A stretch of DNA of 64,000 nt, from contig JACPAK010000001.1 in the NCBI GenBank assembly GCA_016180845.1, positions 290,565 to 354,564 on the forward strand, written 5' to 3'. The DNA comes from Deltaproteobacteria bacterium (GTDB taxonomy: Bacteria; UBA10199; JACPAL01). Numbering within the stretch: the stretch's first letter is position 1; every line of letters starts with the position of its first letter. This document shows positions 1-9,244 of this stretch, one piece after another. The position numbers were made by a program, and so were the translations under genes. The notes below the pieces were generated by a model, which saw only the letters and a program-made list of their open reading frames with translations, was not told where the DNA came from and did not search any database.

Positions 1-510
1 GGGATCCTCTCGGAGCCGATTGGGATCACGAGTGTGGTGACTCGCGAGGGGGCGCTTCTGGAAAAAAAGAGTTTTAAAATGCATCGGGTCATTTCCCACG
101 AGCTGGCCTATCTGATGAATAATTTAATGAAGGGGGTGATCGATCATGGCACCGGTCATGCCGCAAGACTTCTCGGATTGACCCGGCTTGCTGCCGGGAA
201 AACAGGGACAACGACCGACTTTCGAGACAGCTGGTTTGTCGGGTACTCCCCACAACTTTTGACGCTCACCTGGGTTGGGTTTGATGAAGAGGCGGAGACC
301 GGTCTCTCAGGCGCTTCAGGAGCATTGCCGATCTGGACCGATTATATGAAGGAAGTGGATCGGTCGAATGAGACCGATTTTCTGGCGACAGATGAAATCA
401 TTTTCGTTAAGATTGACCAGGTAACGGGCAAGCTCGCCTCGAGAAAGTGTGGCGAAAACTACGAAGAAGTTTTTATTCGGGGGACGGAACCTAAGGAGAA
501 ATGCCGATGA
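1..510 (+). CDS. penicillin-binding protein, class A, C-terminal transpeptidase part (5' partial, runs off window edge)
   Basis: KTGTT(T/N) motif and conserved transpeptidase C-terminal region in translated ORF; frame open to position 1. Confidence 0.7.
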   Translation, partial: GILSEPIGITSVVTREGALLEKKSFKMHRVISHELAYLMNNLMKGVIDHGTGHAARLLGLTRLAAGKTGTTTDFRDSWFVGYSPQLLTLTWVGFDEEAETGLSGASGALPIWTDYMKEVDRSNETDFLATDEIIFVKIDQVTGKLASRKCGENYEEVFIRGTEPKEKCR

Positions 511-911
511 GAATTTCTGGAGTGTTTCTTACACTCCTCATTTTTTCAGCAGTCTCTTCGTTCTTCTCTTGCGCTTCCCTAGGCAAAAAACCGCTTCCCC
601 CCGGCGCCCGAAGGGCGCCGGTTCAGGAGACAACGGTAGGTCCTGAACGCGAGGCCTCGAATGCCTTGATCGAGCAAGGCAAGTCGAAACTCGAGGCGGG
701 TCATTATGACAAGGCGTTTGATTTTTTTCAGGAGTCGGTCAATGTCGATCCAACCAATGGCGTCGGATTTTATTACCTCGCCTACGTCAAGTATAAGACT
801 GGCGAGTACCAAGAGGTCGCGAACTTCCTCGAAAAGGCAGAGGCCCTCCTCTCTTCATCGAAAGAATGGCAGGAGCGTATCGATTTGTTAAAGGGTGAAC
901 TCAACAGGTAG
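501..911 (+). CDS. TPR-repeat lipoprotein
   Basis: Signal peptide with lipobox (FFSCAS), TPR-like helical repeats; AAGGAG RBS 2-7 nt upstream of ATG; 10-nt overlap with PBP stop. Confidence 0.5.
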   Translation: MPMRISGVFLTLLIFSAVSSFFSCASLGKKPLPPGARRAPVQETTVGPEREASNALIEQGKSKLEAGHYDKAFDFFQESVNVDPTNGVGFYYLAYVKYKTGEYQEVANFLEKAEALLSSSKEWQERIDLLKGELNR

Positions 912-914
912 CCG

Positions 915-1325
915 ATGCGTCGTTACCGATTACTCGACCACACCGCTGATATCCGACTCCGAATTTTTGGTCACAACTTACGTGAACTCTTTCAAAATTC
1001 TGTCTATGCGCTGACCGATACACTGACCGATGCAAAAAAGGTCCGGACAAAAGTCAGTCGATCCTTAAAGATAAAAGGAGAGGGTAACGACCTCTTGCTT
1101 CACGCCTTATTGAAAGAGGTCCTTTTTCTTTTCGACACGAAGCGTTTTTTAACCCGTCGTCTTGTGATAAAAAAACTAAGTGATAAAATTCTCTTGGTAA
1201 CGTTGAGGGGAGAGAGATTGAAAGATCATGCAATCAAGACGGAGATCAAGGCGGTGACGTATCACAGGCTGAAGGTGGAGAAGAGACGAGGGAGGTGGAT
1301 AGGAGAGGTGGTTTTGGATGTATAA
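915..1325 (+). CDS. archease (RtcB activator)
   Basis: N-terminal LLDHTADIRLRIFG archease signature; immediately upstream of and overlapping rtcB. Confidence 0.8.
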   Translation: MRRYRLLDHTADIRLRIFGHNLRELFQNSVYALTDTLTDAKKVRTKVSRSLKIKGEGNDLLLHALLKEVLFLFDTKRFLTRRLVIKKLSDKILLVTLRGERLKDHAIKTEIKAVTYHRLKVEKRRGRWIGEVVLDV

Positions 1326-2748
1326 GCTCGACAATTTCACCTGGCGTGTCCCGCGTGAAGGGAAGATGCGGGTCGATGGGATTATTTTTGCCAATGATAA
1401 ACTGATGGAGTCGATCCGCGGTGATCAGTCGATCGAGCAGGTAAAGAATGTCGCGACATTGCCAGGCATCGTCGGCGCCTCATACGCCATGCCGGATATC
1501 CATTGGGGGTACGGTTTCCCGATCGGCGGCGTCGCCGCGTTCGATCCGGGCGAAGGGGTCGTGAGTCCCGGTGGTGTCGGCTATGATATCAATTGCGGCG
1601 TCCGCCTCCTGCGCACGAATATCGAAAAAAATGAGATCCTTCCGAAAATGAAACAGCTCGTGGAGATTCTATACCGCAATATCCCTTCCGGTGTCGGGGC
1701 GGGCCGGAAGGATATCAAGTTAAACACCACCGAGGTCAGAGAGGTCCTGAAAAAGGGGGCGCGATGGGGTGTCGAAAAAGGTTATGGTTGGAAGGAGGAC
1801 CTTGAACGGATCGAATCTTCCGGGACGATCCCGGGTGCCGACCCCTCCGCCGTTTCGGAGCGGGCAATCGAACGTGGGAGAAATCAGGTAGGGACCCTCG
1901 GTTCCGGAAATCATTTCATCGAGGTCGAATTTGTCGAAGAGATTTTCAACCCAAAGATCGCGGAGGCGTTTGGCCTCTTCAAGGATCAAATCTGTGTCCA
2001 TATCCACTCGGGATCCCGAGGACTCGGGTATCAGGTCTGCGATGACTCTCTCGAGGTGATGTTGAAGGCAGCCTCAAAATACGGGATTGAGCTGGTGGAC
2101 CGACAGCTCTGCTGTGCCCCGCTGAAATCTCCAGAGGCGAGGGCCTATCTCGCAGCGATGTCGGCCGCCGCCAACTTCGCCTTCTGTAATCGACAGCTGA
2201 TGGCGCATTTTGTTCGACAGTCTTTCGAAAGTTTCCTCAATCGATCGGCAGAGGATCTTGGAATGCATCTCGTTTATGATATTGCCCACAATATTGCGAA
2301 GTTCGAGGAACATACGGTGGAGGGACAAAAGCGCCGCCTCTGTGTCCATCGAAAAGGGGCGACACGTGCCTTCCCACCGGGACATCCGGATGTCCCTCCC
2401 CTCTACCGTGATTGCGGTCAACCGGTCCTGATCCCAGGGGATATGGGACGCTACTCCTTCGTCTGCGCCGGCACCCAAGAGGCATTCCAAAAAACATTCG
2501 GCAGCTCCTGTCACGGGGCTGGCAGGATGATGAGCCGGGTCAAGGCCAAAAAGGCGGCTCGTGGGCGCAAGATTTATGAGGAACTTGCCGCTCAAGGAAT
2601 CATCGTCCGCTCCGCGACACTCGATGGGGTCCTCGAAGAGATCCCGGAGGCGTACAAAGATGTCGCTGATGTCGTCGATGTCGTCCAAGGCGCTGGACTC
2701 GCTACCAAGGTCGCCCGCCTGCGACCGATCGGGGTTATTAAAGGATAG
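1318..2748 (+). CDS. rtcB: RNA 3'-phosphate/5'-OH ligase RtcB
   Basis: 476 aa; conserved GSGNHF, metal-binding His/Cys and HNIAKFEEH-type motifs of RtcB family. Confidence 0.9.
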   Translation: MYKLDNFTWRVPREGKMRVDGIIFANDKLMESIRGDQSIEQVKNVATLPGIVGASYAMPDIHWGYGFPIGGVAAFDPGEGVVSPGGVGYDINCGVRLLRTNIEKNEILPKMKQLVEILYRNIPSGVGAGRKDIKLNTTEVREVLKKGARWGVEKGYGWKEDLERIESSGTIPGADPSAVSERAIERGRNQVGTLGSGNHFIEVEFVEEIFNPKIAEAFGLFKDQICVHIHSGSRGLGYQVCDDSLEVMLKAASKYGIELVDRQLCCAPLKSPEARAYLAAMSAAANFAFCNRQLMAHFVRQSFESFLNRSAEDLGMHLVYDIAHNIAKFEEHTVEGQKRRLCVHRKGATRAFPPGHPDVPPLYRDCGQPVLIPGDMGRYSFVCAGTQEAFQKTFGSSCHGAGRMMSRVKAKKAARGRKIYEELAAQGIIVRSATLDGVLEEIPEAYKDVADVVDVVQGAGLATKVARLRPIGVIKG

Positions 2749-2817
2749 TCCCTCAACATACCGCGTCATAGAATTTCTCAAATAAGGCACAACTCTTTTT
2801 GAGAGTGAAGCGAAGTC

Positions 2818-3852
2818 TTGTTTAGAAGGGGGGCCAGACGCATGTCAAAAGTTGACCTAAAACCGCTGATCGAGGGGCAGTGGACACATAATCGGGTCGA
2901 TACCTTACTCACGAAGATTGCCGCTGAAGACAACAATGCCGAGGCATTGGATGAAAATGATTTTCCGTTGGGGATTGTTGATGGAAACACCGAAGAGGTC
3001 GCGAAATTCCTGGATCTCGCAGATACCTATCTCAAGACCCGCCTGAGTGCGAAGGGGAATGAAAAGGGTGCTGTCGATTTCTTCGTAGCAGAATTCAGCA
3101 AACTCAAAGCGCTCTCTTCGAAATATAAGGTGGAAGAGCTCCCGACAAGACAGGAAAATCCGCTGCGACCGTCGGTAACCGTTCGAGGGAGTTTTACCGG
3201 CTTGGCCCTCTTGGGAATAGGGGATGCCAATGGGACAGCCGATCTTGTCGAAACCGATCCGATGACAGGGCTACCCAAACAAGGAAGTGTCGATTGGGAT
3301 ATTCAGCGATATGGTATTGCGGTTGAGAAGCTCTCTCCGATGACCTCATTCCCCGGAGCCGACCAATTCCCTTGGGTCCGCTATGGTTGGCAGGCAGGCT
3401 TTACCTTCTACGATGGACAGATGGATTACGAAGGGGAAAAGGTCGCCAATCTCGACGGGCAATCGATTTCTTCGGGTCTGGTCGGTGGCGTGGAGTATCC
3501 CTTTACGAGCTGGGCTACCGGTCGCTTCTTCGCCAACTTTAATGTCGAGGTGGGGCGATTTGACACCACCCTGACGGACACAGACCCTGATGTCGATGGT
3601 TCTCAAAATCCGATTAAAGATCCCTGCTCCGGACTTGGTCTTGGTCCGAGTGCCGGCTGTGAAGTCGAAAGAACACTCGCTGTTTACGTGTCTCTCCCGA
3701 TAGAGTTTGTCGCTGGGGCGAGGCTCTTCAACTTCCTTGACATTGACTTCGCCTGGCAACGCCCCGTAAAGATGGAATCCTCAGGGTATGTCTTTATACC
3801 TGATGAAATGAATACCTTTTGGGTGAGACTCGGAATCACCGATAGCCATTAG
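2818..3852 (+). CDS. hypothetical protein (no signal peptide seen; Gly/Asp-rich beta-rich C-terminal half)
   Basis: Long ORF with no convincing competing ORF; start may be the second Met at 2842. Confidence 0.4.
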   Translation: MFRRGARRMSKVDLKPLIEGQWTHNRVDTLLTKIAAEDNNAEALDENDFPLGIVDGNTEEVAKFLDLADTYLKTRLSAKGNEKGAVDFFVAEFSKLKALSSKYKVEELPTRQENPLRPSVTVRGSFTGLALLGIGDANGTADLVETDPMTGLPKQGSVDWDIQRYGIAVEKLSPMTSFPGADQFPWVRYGWQAGFTFYDGQMDYEGEKVANLDGQSISSGLVGGVEYPFTSWATGRFFANFNVEVGRFDTTLTDTDPDVDGSQNPIKDPCSGLGLGPSAGCEVERTLAVYVSLPIEFVAGARLFNFLDIDFAWQRPVKMESSGYVFIPDEMNTFWVRLGITDSH

Positions 3853-3855
3853 ACA

Positions 3856-4512
3856 TTACTCTTTTGAAATAATAAAATCGTCGTAATCACACGCCGCCGG
3901 TGAGTGGGTTGCATTTCCATCGGTCAGGATCCCAAGTCCGATCGGATTATCCTTCGGCTCTTTTTTGAAAAGCCTTCGATAATCCTCTAACACGTTGACA
4001 TGAATCTCTCTCCATCCCCCTTTGGAGAGACCGTTCCCCTTCACAATGACGTAGAACTTTCCCCCTTTTTTTTCATAAACAGTCCCGACAGGGAGCGTGC
4101 TGCTCCAGACATATTTTAATCCATCACCGGTATACGCCCCAAAGATCACATAAATACCACAGGCGCTGTCGTTGCGATCTGGCTCGGACTCCCGAGCCCC
4201 ATCAGGAAGAATACGGGCCCGCCATCGCCAGCGAAAAGCGGGATATTTTTTAAGATCCCACAGAAATTTTTTGAAAATCTGCGTTGAGATCTCTTCCGAA
4301 TCGTCGGCGGAGAGGTAGAGGTTCTCCCCCTCCTGTTCAATTCGATAAACCTTTTCGGCCTTCCCCCTCTGAAAAGGCTTTGTCCTGAAACTTTTTGGGA
4401 ACTCTCCTAGAGCCCCTTTTGAAAAATCCTCGACGATCTGAAAAGAAGGAACTTGGGAAACATCGGCATGAGCCATCGAAAAGGCAAAAAACAACAACCA
4501 AAAAAGCATCAA
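3856..4512 (-). CDS. secreted hypothetical protein (DUF3047-like?)
   Basis: N-terminal signal peptide MMLFWLLFFAFSMAHA; family assignment from memory only. Confidence 0.35.
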   Translation of the reverse strand: MMLFWLLFFAFSMAHADVSQVPSFQIVEDFSKGALGEFPKSFRTKPFQRGKAEKVYRIEQEGENLYLSADDSEEISTQIFKKFLWDLKKYPAFRWRWRARILPDGARESEPDRNDSACGIYVIFGAYTGDGLKYVWSSTLPVGTVYEKKGGKFYVIVKGNGLSKGGWREIHVNVLEDYRRLFKKEPKDNPIGLGILTDGNATHSPAACDYDDFIISKE

Positions 4513-5012
4513 GACCCTCTTTGATAGCGAATCGAGAGAGAGATCGGCCTCTCATATCTCGGGAAAGGCGATCCTCTCTGAATCGAAATAACTGCCGCCT
4601 GATCCAGCAGTGAAGAGCCTGAGGATTTTAATATTTCAGTCGAGATCGGCCTCCCCTGCTCATCAATCCGGAATCGAATTGAAACAACCCCTTCCAAATC
4701 TGTTTTTTGGGCAAGATGCGGGTAATGTTTGGCACGCTCGATTCGAGAACGAATTTCAGATAAAACAGGGTCGGAACCGCTCCCATCACCAGAGCCACTT
4801 CCTCTCGCGGTAGACGATCCGGTCCCAGATCCTGACGGTAATTGCGATAAGATCTGTGGAGGGCCCTCAGTCAGGATTTCAACAAAAACAGTCCCCCCAC
4901 TGCCTGACACTGGAGAAGGATGACCCAAAGAGAAACCCCTTCCCACAAGAAAAATAAAGGCGAGAAGGGAATGAAATAAAATCGAGAGAAAAAGAGAACA
5001 GAAAAGTCTCAC
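4509..5012 (-). CDS. TonB-family energy transducer (TM anchor, Gly/Ser/Pro linker, TonB C-terminal domain)
   Basis: N-terminal TM, low-complexity GSG linker, C-terminal ~80 aa resembling TonB_C; apparent GTG start. Confidence 0.55.
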   Translation of the reverse strand: MRLFCSLFLSILFHSLLAFIFLVGRGFSLGHPSPVSGSGGTVFVEILTEGPPQILSQLPSGSGTGSSTARGSGSGDGSGSDPVLSEIRSRIERAKHYPHLAQKTDLEGVVSIRFRIDEQGRPISTEILKSSGSSLLDQAAVISIQRGSPFPRYERPISLSIRYQRGS

Positions 5013-5025
5013 TCGAGATTAACTA

Positions 5026-5544
5026 TTACGCAAGCGCCGCTTGTCCTCTGACTGACGGAACCCACCGCTCGAGCAGCGCAAACCCACCGAAAAGGGTGAC
5101 GGTATAGAGGGCATCGCCCAAGAGCTGATTTTGGAAAAAGGGAAGCGCCGCCAGATAACAAGTCATCAGTCCGGAGAGGGTCCTTGGATAAAGCCCATCG
5201 ATGGCCCAGACCCCAAAATTTGTCAGGACAAAAAAGAGGAGGGAACTCGTGAACGCGATCCCCGCTACGCCTCCTACTGTCCTCTTTTCGCGAAGTGTTC
5301 CTCCGAGGAAGACAACAAGGACGAAACTGAGATAGACAAGTGCCATCTGATCATGAAAACCGATCAAAAGATCGCTCAGGAACATGGCCCCCAAGGGGAT
5401 GATTAGGGAGGAGCGTCGGTTGAAATAGGCACCACCAAAGAGTGCGATGGCCATGATCGGTGCGAAGTTAGGTGGGTGCGGAAGCAGTCGGCTAGCCGCT
5501 GCGGCAACAATCAATCCAACCAACGTCATGAGTCTTAGTTTCAT
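5026..5544 (-). CDS. integral membrane protein, unknown function
   Basis: 4-5 predicted TM helices; ATG preceded by GGAGG RBS. Confidence 0.4.
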   Translation of the reverse strand: MKLRLMTLVGLIVAAAASRLLPHPPNFAPIMAIALFGGAYFNRRSSLIIPLGAMFLSDLLIGFHDQMALVYLSFVLVVFLGGTLREKRTVGGVAGIAFTSSLLFFVLTNFGVWAIDGLYPRTLSGLMTCYLAALPFFQNQLLGDALYTVTLFGGFALLERWVPSVRGQAALA

Positions 5545-5728
5545 AGAAATCCTCCCGTTTAGTATGGCCTTTTTTACCCTGCTAGCGGCTTAAAGCAACA
5601 TAAAAATCTACCTTGAATAATGTAAGGCCTTGACCCCATTGGACGCAAATCGGAGTAATCGTTTAGGGCTAACTTGCCAAAAGGGCACCCACGACCACTC
5701 CTTTCTCTTCGTTAGCTGACTTGACAAT

Positions 5729-5753
5729 ACCCAAATTTACGGTAAATTTGGGT
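5729..5753. promoter_or_regulatory. perfect 25-bp palindrome ACCCAAATTTACGGTAAATTTGGGT overlapping the -10 of a TTGACA-N17-TAAATT promoter (putative operator)
   Basis: Read directly: TTGACA at 5721-5726; palindrome arms 12 bp around a central G; ATG of downstream gene at 5757. Confidence 0.5.
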
Positions 5754-5756
5754 GTA

Positions 5757-6911
5757 ATGTATACAAGATCCCTCAGAGCGCCGAATCGCTCCTTTTTTCT
5801 TTTCGGCCCCCGCGGGACCGGTAAAACAACCTGGTTGTTGCAGCATTTCAAAGAAGCCAAGTTTATTGACCTGCTTCCCCCGCAACAAGCCCTCGCTTAT
5901 GAGAAAAACCCCTCTCTCTTGCGCGCCCAGGTCAAAGCTCTCCCCAAGATGCAGTGGATCGTCATCGACGAGATTCAAAAAGTCCCCATCCTGCTTGATG
6001 AAATTCATTTTCTTATGGAACGAGAGGGATATAAAAAATTTATCCTCACCGGTTCGTCGGCCAGAAAAATAAAACGGGGGCAGGCGAATCTCTTGGCAGG
6101 GCGCGCCGTTCTCCTGAAAATGCTTCCCCTCACTAGCACTGAAATCAATTTTTCTCTGGAACCGCAAACGGCTCTTTCTTATGGGATGCTTCCTCTAAGT
6201 GTCCTCTCCAAATCGGTTTCGGAGAAAGAGAGTTTTTTAAAAGCGTATGTCGATACCTATCTTCGGGAGGAAATCAAATACGAGGGCATTGTCAGAAACT
6301 TGGGCAGTTTCTCGCGCTTTCTGGAAATCGCTTCGCTCTGCGCCGGGCAACAGATCAATATGTCGAATTTGGCGAGGGATGCGGAAATCAGCCGGGACAC
6401 GGTGCGGAGTTACTTCAGTGTTTTTGAAGACACACTCTTGGGGAGCTGGCTTCCGGCTTATCGTCCCAGAGCAAAAGTCAAGGAGGTCGCGGCACCGAAA
6501 TTCTACTGGTTTGACAGCGGGGTCTTGAATGCAACGGCTGGCGCCTTTGAACAACCGATGCCGGCCGATTGGAACGGCATCCTTATGGAACACTGGATTC
6601 ACCATGAGTTGGTCGGTCACATGACCTATGGGCATAAAAAGGGATCACTCGGGTTTTGGAAGACTCCGAATGGAAATGAAATTGATTTTTTGTGGTGGTA
6701 CGGAAATGAATTTATTGCCATTGAAGTAAAGTCTTCCAAAAAATTCAAAAAGGAGTTTCTCAAAGGAATTCATTCTTTTCAGGAAAAGAAACAGCTCAAA
6801 AGTTCATGGGTTGTCTATTTGGGGGAGGAGGAACTCAGAATCGATCAAACACATGTTGTTCCAGCCCCGCAATTTTTGAAACTTCTCTCCGAGGGGAAAA
6901 TCATTCCCTGA
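5757..6911 (+). CDS. AAA+ ATPase, DUF4143-containing (AAA_14 family)
   Basis: Walker A FGPRGTGKTT, Walker B IVIDEIQK, C-terminal DUF4143-like region; ORF-track start at TTG 5721 trimmed to first ATG. Confidence 0.75.
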   Translation: MYTRSLRAPNRSFFLFGPRGTGKTTWLLQHFKEAKFIDLLPPQQALAYEKNPSLLRAQVKALPKMQWIVIDEIQKVPILLDEIHFLMEREGYKKFILTGSSARKIKRGQANLLAGRAVLLKMLPLTSTEINFSLEPQTALSYGMLPLSVLSKSVSEKESFLKAYVDTYLREEIKYEGIVRNLGSFSRFLEIASLCAGQQINMSNLARDAEISRDTVRSYFSVFEDTLLGSWLPAYRPRAKVKEVAAPKFYWFDSGVLNATAGAFEQPMPADWNGILMEHWIHHELVGHMTYGHKKGSLGFWKTPNGNEIDFLWWYGNEFIAIEVKSSKKFKKEFLKGIHSFQEKKQLKSSWVVYLGEEELRIDQTHVVPAPQFLKLLSEGKIIP

Positions 6912-6944
6912 TTTGTGGTTGATCAACTTTTGGTTAGTACTTTT

Positions 6945-8102
6945 TTATTGAGAAGTTTTCCCATTCACCACCGCAATCGCATCGAGATCAAACCCCCTCA
7001 TTCCGTTTGCCGCCGGTCCAAATGTCTTGTCCCCATCCCGGATCCGGACAAACCGGGCATATGAGAGACCGACATCCTTCAAGTCAAAAGGATCCCCGCC
7101 TGCCTTCTCTGGATCGGTCGGGTCGATATCATTGAGATCCGGATTCGCCAAAACTGCTCGAACCCCTGCGCAACCGCGATAACTTCGCACTGTCAGATCA
7201 CACGGAAAGTCGACAAAATTAACCCCATCTTCAGAAACTGAAACCATACCCGGCTCTGAGTACGTCCCATACTTGGCATCGGGGTTATACTGCCATGGAT
7301 TTTCAAAGACGATAAAATCATCCCCCTCGCCATCACAGGGGAGGTAGTCGGTAAATTCCAGGACAATCACCCCCTCCTTCCCCAACGAAACAACATCGAA
7401 AGACCCATTGAGTGGGGCCTCGGGATGGGCCTGAGGAGGTCCCAGAACAATATCAGGCAGGAGGTCCTTGTTATACCCTCCCCCCTCTCCTTTATTATAG
7501 GAAACAACACGATCGGCAAAGGGATCCTGATTGATAGTCAATGGATCACAAAGAGTCTCTTCCGAATCAGCGGGCGGGTCCTCCTCATACTCAACCGGAT
7601 CGACATTGAGTTCGATATCAATATCAAAATCCTTCTCTTCTGCAGCAACTCCTGGGGCAACTTCTTCTTTGTTCTGAATCAAAAGATAGGCGATCGCACT
7701 CTTCTCCCCGATGGAGGCCTTCACGAGTGTCTCCCCAGCGGACGTCGGGGTGAGCAACCCCTTTTCATTCACGATAGCAACTTCTTTTGCTGACGATTCC
7801 CACAAGACCTGATGCAACCTCCTCGACTGCGGATCCAAAACACGGTAATTCACCCCCTCTTTCCGATTCTGATCCACAAAGGTAATGTCGACGACGAACT
7901 GGATCGGCGCCACCCCAGGAGACGAGGACTCAATCACCTTCATTTCGAGAGAGGAGACAGCAGAAGCGGTCGCAGAATCGGTGGGGGGGGTTGTCGTTTC
8001 AGATTCATGAGGCGCCGGAACCTCTTCTTCTGCCGATGTCTGGGTCCTGCCACAGGCAGCGACCACTAAAGTGATACCGATTAAAAAAACCAGCTTTCTC
8101 AT
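6945..8102 (-). CDS. lipoprotein with bacterial Ig-like (Big_2-like) domain
   Basis: Lipoprotein signal MRKLVFLIGITLVVAACG; Big_2-like segment LTPTSAGETLVKASIG; last gene of the TonB-dependent receptor operon. Confidence 0.5.
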   Translation of the reverse strand: MRKLVFLIGITLVVAACGRTQTSAEEEVPAPHESETTTPPTDSATASAVSSLEMKVIESSSPGVAPIQFVVDITFVDQNRKEGVNYRVLDPQSRRLHQVLWESSAKEVAIVNEKGLLTPTSAGETLVKASIGEKSAIAYLLIQNKEEVAPGVAAEEKDFDIDIELNVDPVEYEEDPPADSEETLCDPLTINQDPFADRVVSYNKGEGGGYNKDLLPDIVLGPPQAHPEAPLNGSFDVVSLGKEGVIVLEFTDYLPCDGEGDDFIVFENPWQYNPDAKYGTYSEPGMVSVSEDGVNFVDFPCDLTVRSYRGCAGVRAVLANPDLNDIDPTDPEKAGGDPFDLKDVGLSYARFVRIRDGDKTFGPAANGMRGFDLDAIAVVNGKTSQ

Positions 8103-9244
8103 CTCTTCCTCTCCACAAAAGTAACCGATGCGGGTGGGAATCCGACTGAGATCGGCCCGGCAATCACCTCTGCTGATTCCGGGTCAATAAAAACAATCCC
8201 ATTTTTATCCGGATCCCGATCGCAGATGAGAACCTCTCCCCGGGGATCGATAGCAACCTCCGGCAAATAACTGGAGCTCTCATAGAGTGTCTTCAAATTT
8301 TTCGGATCATCCAGTGAGAAGCGAACGAGACGATTCTCCGAATAATCAGAAAGACCCACGATGACAAAACCGTAATGGTCTCCCACCTCGATCCCCCCGA
8401 TCCAACCACCAAAAGATTCATCGGACAAGAGAATCCCTTCGCTCTGAAACGTCTCCAAATCGACCACCTCGACCCCTCCATAAGGGGAATTCAGGTCGAA
8501 AAAGTCGGCGCAGGCGATATAAATTTTCCCCAATCTGTCAGAAGAGGTGATGTCAAAAGGATCCCAACAATCAAGAACCAGCGCCCCCTCAACCTCATCC
8601 GTCGTTGTATCCACCTTCACCAGTTTCCCCGGCTGATCCGGCTGCAACGCCAGATCGCGAGGAAGATCTTGGACAGCAACATAGAGTTTTGATCCCATAA
8701 GAAGGAGCGAGGAGGCCCTCGCAAAGCGTTCACCATCGTCCCCCGTATAGAGGGTGAGATCGATCGTCTTCTCGATCAGACCGGTCTCAGGGTTCAGGAT
8801 CACAAGATCATCGACCGAGAGATCGGTACTCTGATTTTCCTCCGGCTCATAGAGTGTCACGTAGGCCTTCGTCTTTGAAACGGCAACGAGGTCTTGAGGA
8901 TTTGTCCCGAGACCGGTCGAAATCTGGGAGATCGTCGAGAAATCTATCGGATCGATCACCTGGATATTATCGGCCCCCTTCCGATTCACCACATAGATCA
9001 ACCCACCAAAAGATCGGACCACCGCATCGCTATGGGTGATCTCCAGATTCGCCACAACCGAACTCGGGGAATCGAGCGGAATCATGCTGATGGATCCGGT
9101 TGTGCCTTGCCAATCGGCACCCAGAACGACGGCGATGTCACCGCTCGAAAGACTCTCCCCTGGAGTCAGTGGAGTGCGTTCATTGACAGTGATGTCGCCG
9201 CAGGAAACAAGGACCACCAATATCAACATCCTAAATCGAAACAT
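8099..9244 (-). CDS. lipoprotein, beta-propeller-like, paralog family member 1
   Basis: Lipobox LVVLVSCG after trimming ORF-track start to internal Met; LYVAVQDLPRDL and KIYIACADF motifs shared with 11143..12399 and 24879..26114. Confidence 0.5.
   Translation of the reverse strand: MFRFRMLILVVLVSCGDITVNERTPLTPGESLSSGDIAVVLGADWQGTTGSISMIPLDSPSSVVANLEITHSDAVVRSFGGLIYVVNRKGADNIQVIDPIDFSTISQISTGLGTNPQDLVAVSKTKAYVTLYEPEENQSTDLSVDDLVILNPETGLIEKTIDLTLYTGDDGERFARASSLLLMGSKLYVAVQDLPRDLALQPDQPGKLVKVDTTTDEVEGALVLDCWDPFDITSSDRLGKIYIACADFFDLNSPYGGVEVVDLETFQSEGILLSDESFGGWIGGIEVGDHYGFVIVGLSDYSENRLVRFSLDDPKNLKTLYESSSYLPEVAIDPRGEVLICDRDPDKNGIVFIDPESAEVIAGPISVGFPPASVTFVERKR

Noticed and set aside
2074-2790. 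238-aa ORF antisense to rtcB (and similar long antisense ORFs 10999..11712, 11764..12336, 20717..21319, 579..812, 38611..39210, 43687..44688, 49970..50530)
   Set aside because: Each lies entirely inside, and antisense to, a gene with strong family-level evidence. These are GC-rich frame artefacts, not real genes.
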